NCBI GenBank assembly: GCA_036677325.1 | Contig: JAKFBY010000019.1 | Location: forward strand, 807 to 32,806 | Length of the DNA: 32,000 nt | Source of the DNA: Paucimonas sp. | Lineage (GTDB): Bacteria > Pseudomonadota > Gammaproteobacteria > Burkholderiales > Burkholderiaceae_D | Reading direction: 5' to 3' | Part shown: piece after piece, positions 26,233-32,000 of the stretch | Layout of the letters: the number at the start of each line of letters is the position of its first letter | Position numbering within the stretch: the first letter of the stretch is position 1 | The notes under the pieces: generated by a model | Database searches by the model: none | Seen by the model: the letters and a program-made list of their open reading frames with translations, nothing else | Told to the model about the DNA's origin: nothing | Translations under genes and position numbers: made by a program

Positions 26233-26378
26233 GATCAAGGTGAAAATTAAGCGTACCAGCCGCCGATACCGACTGTTGCAGCCGACCAGCGGCAAGGCTA
26301 GCATAAAGATTTGCCTTGCGGCTAACAGTTATCGCAAACTATTGTGCAATACCGGGGCACGATTGCAGTCTTGCTGGT

Positions 26379-27440
26379 TTAAGGGGTTGCGGCAAGGCGC
26401 GCCAGCATGTCTCTGATAGCAGCCATTTGCGGTGCCCGTTTTGAGTAGAAATCCGGCTGATAGGGATTGATGCTGGCGTATCCCCAGAAGTCCCAGCAGC
26501 CTGCCGGATTGTAGGGATACAGTGAGCTGGTACGCACCTGGGGATACAGTACGATCAGCTGGTTGGTATCGGCCAGTTCATTATAGCCGGTGGAGCGGAC
26601 GAAGCGCTCGCCGATGGCATCCTCTGACTGGCCGCAGCCGTGAAAGGCAATGTGTACCGCGCACGAGGCGCGTTCACAGGCTTTGGGAATATAGGCATAG
26701 GCTGCCGGCGCCATGCCAAGCTTGGCCACCGGCGCAAACTCCGACTGGTCAAAGCGCAACAGCGTGCCGCGGGCGGTGGGTGCAGCCGGTTTCAGATTCG
26801 GGTACAGGTGCTTGAGGATGTCATGCGACTGCATGAAGCCGCAGCCATTGATATAGGGAGAATCGGTCAGGGCGCAGCCGACATCGCTCTGATTATCGGT
26901 AAGAATGGCATGGCCGGCGTTGACGTCGCGTACATAACGGATGTTTTTTGCCGGTACGCCTGCCGCCCGGTAGAAGGCGGCCGTCTGGTCGACTACACTG
27001 GTATTGACGACACGATCGGCCATGCCGCTAAACAGATACACCTTGTGATTTTTCAGATTGTGCAACTCATCGATGCGCCCTGTCCTGGCAAAAATTTGTG
27101 CCTGGCGCACCAGACGTTGCGCATCCGGTCCGCTGCCATAAGGTCGCATGCACGTTGTCATCGCCGTGATCTGGAATGGCTTGCCGGTTGCGCTGCCTGC
27201 GCAATAGTACGGACCGCCAGCAATCAGGCCGGCACCAACGACGATGCTCGAATAGGCAATATGGAATTGCGCCGCCATGAAGGCACCCGAAGAAATGCCG
27301 GATACCGTCGTGCGTGACAGGTCGACCCGATAGGGTGGCAGTTCAGGAAGGTCGGCTGCTAATCCGATCAGCGGGACCATCAGCAGTAATGTAAGCAACT
27401 GCTGCAGGCAGGATAAAGAAATTTTGACGGTTAGGCGCAT
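26379..27440 (-). CDS. secreted PHB-depolymerase-family esterase (lipase box near the N-terminus; catalytic domain only)
   Basis: Signal peptide MRLTVKISLSCLQQLLTLLLMVPLIGLAA, then VSGISSGAFMAAQ (GxSxG) soon after. This resembles type-2 extracellular short-chain PHA depolymerase catalytic domains (recalled). ATG at 27440 is preferred, because the listed 75-aa extension would bury the signal peptide. Confidence 0.65.
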   Translation of the reverse strand: MRLTVKISLSCLQQLLTLLLMVPLIGLAADLPELPPYRVDLSRTTVSGISSGAFMAAQFHIAYSSIVVGAGLIAGGPYYCAGSATGKPFQITAMTTCMRPYGSGPDAQRLVRQAQIFARTGRIDELHNLKNHKVYLFSGMADRVVNTSVVDQTAAFYRAAGVPAKNIRYVRDVNAGHAILTDNQSDVGCALTDSPYINGCGFMQSHDILKHLYPNLKPAAPTARGTLLRFDQSEFAPVAKLGMAPAAYAYIPKACERASCAVHIAFHGCGQSEDAIGERFVRSTGYNELADTNQLIVLYPQVRTSSLYPYNPAGCWDFWGYASINPYQPDFYSKRAPQMAAIRDMLARLAATP

Positions 27441-27503
27441 TGTCTGAAGTCCCGTGATAAGTGAGCGAGTACGATGAACCGCTGTTGAAACCGGTTGCCA
27501 TCC

Positions 27504-27518
27504 GCATCCCGCGTGCCA
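27504..27518 (-). promoter_or_regulatory. candidate sigma-54 (-24/-12) promoter for the depolymerase-family gene
   Basis: The minus strand reads TGGCACGCGGGATGC, with GG and GC correctly spaced. It lies about 64-78 nt upstream of ATG 27440. Confidence 0.45.
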
Positions 27519-27868
27519 GACGGCAAAAAGTTGCCTATTGTCAGGTTGGCGCTGCCATTCTAGCTGGTCCACGCATGGATTGCCTGCTGCGGCGCAAGCA
27601 TTGAGCATCACTTTGCCTGATTCAAGCCAAAGCTGATGAAGTGCATCCCTGAGACCATCCATTTACAGTATTAAGAGCTAGATCTGCAATCTGTGTCGTG
27701 ACCAGTGTCAGACACCGTTCAGGACAGAAAATATTGGCTGGCTCGAAATCACGAAGTTTTTCCGCTTTTGCAGGAATGTTTTGGGAGACCCTGGTCTAAC
27801 TTCTAAGGATGGCAATTGGGCATCGGGTAGTTTTTGTTTTTTACAGTTATAGGAAAGTGAACGCCGAT

Positions 27869-28081
27869 ATGAAGAATCCTTGGACCAAAAAAAATCCCTT
27901 TTTGAGCATGTGGTTAAGTGGCGCCAATGCGGCTGCAGGCACTGCGCGTAGTCGCATTACAGCCGAGAGCAAGCGCCAGGCAGCGACAATGATGACGCAG
28001 GGCAGCAAACAAATGGCTGATCTGTGGGCCAGTACCTGGCTCGCCCCGCCAAAGGCAAAGAGAAGGAAAAAAGTACGTTGA
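27869..28081 (+). CDS. small basic hypothetical protein (70 aa)
   Basis: MKNPWTKKNPFLSMWLSGANAAAG...KAKRRKKVR. Internal ATG 27869 was chosen. I recall similar small proteins in Burkholderiales but did not verify this. Confidence 0.45.
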   Translation: MKNPWTKKNPFLSMWLSGANAAAGTARSRITAESKRQAATMMTQGSKQMADLWASTWLAPPKAKRRKKVR

Positions 28082-28246
28082 CCTGGGAGTTGTTGCGCAT
28101 GGTTTGATCTTGTCCTTTTCAATCGATCTGCGTGGCTCGGGCCACAACAGGCCCGCCCCAAGGCAACAATTCGTCTCATCCGATACGCTTCGGCATTGTG
28201 GCAGGTTCGCTATGCCATCCCATTCAAGATTGCAGGAGAAATATTC

Positions 28247-28672
28247 ATGAAACGTACCGCAACGGCCATCTGGAATGGCGGCTTTAAGGATGGAAAAGGC
28301 AGTGTCTCAACTGAGAGCGGCTTGCTGGACAATGCCCAGTATGGTTTTTCGACACGTTTCGAAAATGGTGCCGGAACCAATCCGGAAGAGTTGATCGCCG
28401 CGGCCCATGCCGGCTGCTTTACGATGGCGCTGTCGGCACAGTTGAGTGAAGCTGGAATGACCGCTGAGCGACTGGCAACCACTGCGGCCGTCACACTTGA
28501 AAAGCAAGCTGACGGCTTTGCCATCACTGCTGTGCACCTCGATCTGGTTGCCAAAATTCCTGGTGCCGATCAACAAGCTTTTGACACTGCAGCCAATAAA
28601 GCCAAGTCCGGATGCCCAGTGTCGAAATTGCTGAATGCTTCCATTACGCTGGACGCAAAACTCGAGACGTAA
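28247..28672 (+). CDS. osmC: OsmC-family peroxiredoxin
   Basis: MKRTATAIWNGGFKDGKGSVST...NPEELIAAAHAGCFTMAL...KSGCPVSKLL carries the two conserved Cys. A GGAG SD lies upstream. Confidence 0.9.
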   Translation: MKRTATAIWNGGFKDGKGSVSTESGLLDNAQYGFSTRFENGAGTNPEELIAAAHAGCFTMALSAQLSEAGMTAERLATTAAVTLEKQADGFAITAVHLDLVAKIPGADQQAFDTAANKAKSGCPVSKLLNASITLDAKLET

Positions 28673-28957
28673 TAGTTGTTTCAGACAGGCTGGCGTCAAA
28701 CCAGCGGTTTATTTAAGCCGCCGCTATATCGGCAGCCAAGCGTTGATGGCAAATTGCTGCAGAAATAACCGTTATCAAAAACGAACGAGAATCGTAAAAT
28801 TTAAAATTCCCATTCCATTTTTTCAGGCAATCCCTTTGTTTGAACAGGTACGTAAGGATGAGATAGGCGCTGCCATAAATTATTGACGTGCATGAACCAG
28901 CGACGTTCGTTGCCATCTGACGCAGGCTGGCCTTAGGTGGCAACAAGAGAGGAGCAC

Positions 28958-29401
28958 CTAGCGCGATTGTGTCGCTGGACGCGGGGGCTGGGAATTGCGC
29001 AACATTTTTTCATGCGTTAATTCTTCGCTGCTCGGTATGGCGATCGGATCACTGGCAGGAAAGGTCATTTCAATCGCCTCATCCAGTGAATCTTCTTCTT
29101 CGTCAGCGCCATGCACATAGGGGGTGTATCCATGTGTGGCCGGCAGCTCGGCGAGCGGATCGCTGGCTGGAAAAGTCTGATCAACTGCTTCGTCCAGCAA
29201 CGCTTCATCATGCTCGTCCTGGTCGCGGGAAGAAATATTGCGTGCAGACCGGTCGGCCCAAGACGCATCCTTTGGCGAAATATCCTTCGGCGTCACTTCT
29301 TTGGGCGAATCGCCCGTTGAGGAAGGCAGGTTGGATGAGGTCGATGCATCATGCCCCGCTCGCGCCAGGGACTTTTGCTCATCTTTTCTGGATTCAGTCA
29401 T
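28958..29401 (-). CDS. acidic, probably disordered protein with two LDEA-x3-TFPASDP repeats
   Basis: LLDEAVDQTFPASDPLA and SLDEAIEMTFPASDPIA. It starts 21 nt after the stop of the TrxR-like gene. Confidence 0.65.
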   Translation of the reverse strand: MTESRKDEQKSLARAGHDASTSSNLPSSTGDSPKEVTPKDISPKDASWADRSARNISSRDQDEHDEALLDEAVDQTFPASDPLAELPATHGYTPYVHGADEEEDSLDEAIEMTFPASDPIAIPSSEELTHEKMLRNSQPPRPATQSR

Positions 29402-29422
29402 GATTTCCTCCTGTATGCATCG

Positions 29423-30325
29423 TTATAAATGGTGATGGATGGCAGTCGCCGCAATTGCCGCATGGCCAGTTGCTACACATATCTGGCTTAATCCATGGAC
29501 TACATCACCTGCAGCATATAAGCCTGTGACCGAAGTTTGCATCCCCTTACTGACAATTAAATCTTCCTGATCGTCGCATTGCGCGCCCAGCATCAATGCC
29601 AGATCAGAGCGTACCTTGGAACCCAGTGCCGAATACATGGTGTCGAACTGCAAGACTTCTCCATTACCTATTGTCAGCCCGGTAATACGAGTACCTTCGG
29701 TTTGTATCGATATGATCGGCTCATCAATCAATTTGATATTTGCTTCATATAAAAGGTTTCGATCTTTCTCGCTTAATTTCATGTCCTTTCCCAAGCTCAA
29801 TAAAGTCAGGTCCGACGTATAGTGGCGGATAAACAATGCTTCGGTCACCGCATGCCGGTCATGCCCGATCACGGCAACTTTTTGGTCAATGACTTCATAG
29901 CCGTCGCAAATCGGGCAGTGGCGCAGAAATCCTTGCTTGATCGCATCTTTCAAATTCGGCAAATCCGGTTCGATATCAATTGCGCCGGTTGCAAGCAGAA
30001 TTGTTTTTGTATGCGTGGTCTGACCGTCGTAATGAACAACAAAACTATCATCCGGTAACTGTTCTATCGACGCGACGCGCGCAAAGGTAATCTCGGCGCC
30101 ATAGTGGCCTGCCTGGGTGCGCAATCGCATCAGTAATTCATTGCCGCTGATGCCTTCAGAAAAGCCCGGGTAGTTATGCGACATCGGAATCAGCATCGCG
30201 CGACTGTTGCCGGCATCAATCAGTTGAACAGTTCTGCGAAAGCGTTTCAGATAAATCGCTGCGGTCAATCCTGCAGGGCCAGCGCCGATGATGACGCAAT
30301 CTATTGGGAATTTGTCATTTTTCAT
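29423..30325 (-). CDS. thioredoxin-reductase-like NAD(P)/FAD-dependent oxidoreductase
   Basis: FAD motif CVIIGAGPAGLTAA, redox CxxC in HCPICDG, and the C-terminal GLYAAGDV. ATG at 30325 is preferred over the listed 30400. Confidence 0.85.
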   Translation of the reverse strand: MKNDKFPIDCVIIGAGPAGLTAAIYLKRFRRTVQLIDAGNSRAMLIPMSHNYPGFSEGISGNELLMRLRTQAGHYGAEITFARVASIEQLPDDSFVVHYDGQTTHTKTILLATGAIDIEPDLPNLKDAIKQGFLRHCPICDGYEVIDQKVAVIGHDRHAVTEALFIRHYTSDLTLLSLGKDMKLSEKDRNLLYEANIKLIDEPIISIQTEGTRITGLTIGNGEVLQFDTMYSALGSKVRSDLALMLGAQCDDQEDLIVSKGMQTSVTGLYAAGDVVHGLSQICVATGHAAIAATAIHHHL

Positions 30326-30674
30326 GCATGGTTGGAGGCCCGCCTTGCCGGTTGGTTCGACTTCTACACGGCATTTTTTGGCCTTCTTTATTGCGGTCAC
30401 GCTGCTCGCACTGGCAGGGGAAATACAGATACACGAAGGATGGGCGAGAGGGGCGACTTAGGGGCTGCATCGAGACGTCTCCAGACGTATCGAGTCGCCT
30501 CGACATCGTGGCGAGGCGGCAGAGTGAGCGGCAGGCTGGGTAATGACATTGCAGAAGAACGGCAATCGTGCAGCTGACGTCGTGCAGGACGGCCCGGTGC
30601 GGCTGCATCGGCAATTGACTTGGTGACCGCGTATTTGCCGGGGACCGGCAACTTAAATCAGGTTATTAGCGTGT

Positions 30675-31874
30675 TTAAAAAAACTGTGCCCATTCCTCGA
30701 TCCAGCCGGGCAGCGCCTTGTATTCCATTGGCTTGGCAATGAAATACCCTTGAGCATTGGTGCAGCCGAGCTTGTGCAACAAATCCCAGTCTTGCCGTGT
30801 TTCAACGCCAACCGCCGTTGATTCGCGCTTGAGCTTATGGGCAAGATCCAAACTGGAGCTGAGCGCCATGCTGATGGCCTCATTGCTGGCGGCGCCAACC
30901 ACGAATGAGCGGTCAATTTTCAGTTCCGAAAACGGGATGCGCAAATGATGGTGCATGCTGGCGTCGCCAGTGCCATAGTCGTCGACTGCCAGCACAAATC
31001 CCTTCATGCGCAGCCTGGCCAGATTTTCCAGAAACATCGGCACGTCGATCTTGGAAGCGGACTCGGTAATTTCAATCGTAATGTACTGTGGTTCCACCTT
31101 GTGCCTGGCCGCGCAATCGGTAAAGCGGTCGGCAAAATCGAGCTCGCCCAGCGGTGCTGATGCCAGGTTGATCGACACCGATATCGGATGACCGCAATCG
31201 TGCAATGCGCGGCAGGCCGCCGCTGATTTATTGATCATGTCCCAGGTCAGCAGGCTAATCTGGGCACTTTTTTCCAGAAGCGGCAGAAAAGCCAGCGGTG
31301 AAACCAGCCCGTGCTGGGGGTGGTGCCAACGGGCAAATGCTTCCACACCCTTGACCTTGCCGGTAGCAAGCTCTACCTTGGGCTGAAAGTAGGGAGAAAA
31401 CTGATCATCCTGCAATCCCTGCAGGATTTCCGCAAGCGACAGTTGCGGCTGGTCGACGGCGACTTTTACCGCACGCGCTTCCGGCGGCAGGTAGCGCGCT
31501 ATCAGAGTTTCGAGTACTTCCGGCGTGGCCGGCTTGACGATCGTGCCGAGCAGATTGACGCCATAGGCCTGCGACATGGTTTCGACCGAAAACACCAGCG
31601 ATGGATCGAGCGCACTTGCGAGGATGATCGAAACCGGATTGTCGCTCTTGGCCATATGGCGGATCAATTCCATGCCATCCATGCCGGGTATGTTCAAGTC
31701 AATGAAGCAGATGTCGACACCCTGGCTGGCATCTTGCAGAATATTCAGCGCGGCAAGGCCATCGCTGGCTTCCAGGATGTTTTTTGCGCCCAGGTTGCTC
31801 AGCATCGCCACCAGCCAGCGGCGCTGAAATTCATTGTCTTCGACTACCAGATAAGTAAGTTCGGCGAGCGGCAT
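30675..31874 (-). CDS. response-regulator receiver + EAL-domain c-di-GMP phosphodiesterase
   Basis: REC (LVVEDNEFQ..., FIDLNIPGMDG) plus EAL-domain blocks YFQPKV, GVEAFARW, EITES, AVDDYGTG and LKIDRSF. Confidence 0.9.
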   Translation of the reverse strand: MPLAELTYLVVEDNEFQRRWLVAMLSNLGAKNILEASDGLAALNILQDASQGVDICFIDLNIPGMDGMELIRHMAKSDNPVSIILASALDPSLVFSVETMSQAYGVNLLGTIVKPATPEVLETLIARYLPPEARAVKVAVDQPQLSLAEILQGLQDDQFSPYFQPKVELATGKVKGVEAFARWHHPQHGLVSPLAFLPLLEKSAQISLLTWDMINKSAAACRALHDCGHPISVSINLASAPLGELDFADRFTDCAARHKVEPQYITIEITESASKIDVPMFLENLARLRMKGFVLAVDDYGTGDASMHHHLRIPFSELKIDRSFVVGAASNEAISMALSSSLDLAHKLKRESTAVGVETRQDWDLLHKLGCTNAQGYFIAKPMEYKALPGWIEEWAQFF

Positions 31875-31900
31875 TGAATTAAATTCCTTATTTGTTTCGG

Positions 31901-32000
31901 TTATTGCATTGCCACCTTGCCGATGATTGTCTGCATGCTGCGATCTTCCGCAGCTTCAGCGGCCGCAGCCAGCCGTTTGGCCACTTGTTTTTTGTCGGAA
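31901..32000 (-). CDS. 3-prime end of an upstream minus-strand gene (partial, function unknown)
   Basis: The stop-free frame ...SDKKQVAKRLAAAAEAAEDRSMQTIIGKVAMQ* runs to the window edge, with its stop at 31901-31903. Only 33 codons are visible. Confidence 0.3.
   Translation of the reverse strand, partial: SDKKQVAKRLAAAAEAAEDRSMQTIIGKVAMQ

Noticed and set aside
27441-27662. N-terminal extensions offered by the ORF track: the depolymerase gene to 27662, exeA to 26304, the TrxR-like gene to 30400, phasin from 16195, OsmC from 28196, and MerR to 8174.
   Set aside because: In each case an internal ATG gives the family-typical N-terminus (signal peptide, MYTQFF, the FAD motif and so on), often with an SD. 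The extensions would bury signal peptides or overlap promoter elements.
30440-30650. A cluster of short palindromes and hairpins upstream of the TrxR-like gene: GAGACGTCTC at 30472-30481, CGCCTCG...CGAGGCG, GACGTC, and TTGCCGG-GGA-CCGGCAA at about 30634-30650.
   Set aside because: Individually they are short (stems of 10 bp or less), GC-rich and without T-runs or clear repeat periodicity. They may include the EAL-gene terminator and an operator, but I cannot distinguish this from chance.
1-32000. Search by eye for CRISPR arrays, rRNA, tRNA, integron attC sites, long tandem repeats and IS inverted repeats.
   Set aside because: None was found. Only homopolymer runs of 8 nt or less within coding regions, and Pro/Ala-rich coding repeats in gspB, were seen. 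A computational repeat or covariance-model scan would be needed to be certain.

Overview
The window comes from a moderately GC-rich proteobacterial chromosome. Gene content looks betaproteobacterial (Burkholderiales-like), but that is inference from recalled protein families and nothing was searched. It has two parts.

(A) nt 1 to about 8446 is a visibly AT-richer, mosaic accessory region. It contains:
- the C-terminal tip of a large toxin-type protein with a CD38/ADP-ribosyl-cyclase-like domain, followed by two translationally coupled small ORFs;
- a GC-rich RayT/IS200-like tyrosine transposase whose C-terminal HTH is cut off by in-frame TAA codons;
- three unrelated lipoproteins and a stand-alone PilZ protein;
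- a degraded IS5-family transposase and an orphan MerR regulator;
- several possible gene remnants.
This region ends exactly at a 3-prime fragment of dcd (dCTP deaminase), which looks like an island junction.

(B) nt about 8447 to 32000 is core-like and mostly on the minus strand. It contains:
- a DUF1194/vWA protein with a PEP-CTERM anchor;
- an Orn/Lys/Arg decarboxylase, folA and phaC;
- a stress-type cluster: tandem USP, phasin, a Crp/Fnr regulator, a NarL-type response regulator, two PAS/HisKA_3 kinases and a second USP;
- an exeA/gspB pair, a secreted PHB-depolymerase-family esterase, osmC, a TrxR-like oxidoreductase with an acidic repeat protein, and a REC-EAL phosphodiesterase.

No rRNA, tRNA or CRISPR array was recognised.

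Most interesting items:
- the cyclase-fold toxin cassette (1-1726);
- two near-consensus sigma-54 promoters in front of the PEP-CTERM protein and the depolymerase;
- a histidine kinase whose phospho-acceptor His codon reads TAT (Tyr);
- the dcd-fragment island boundary.
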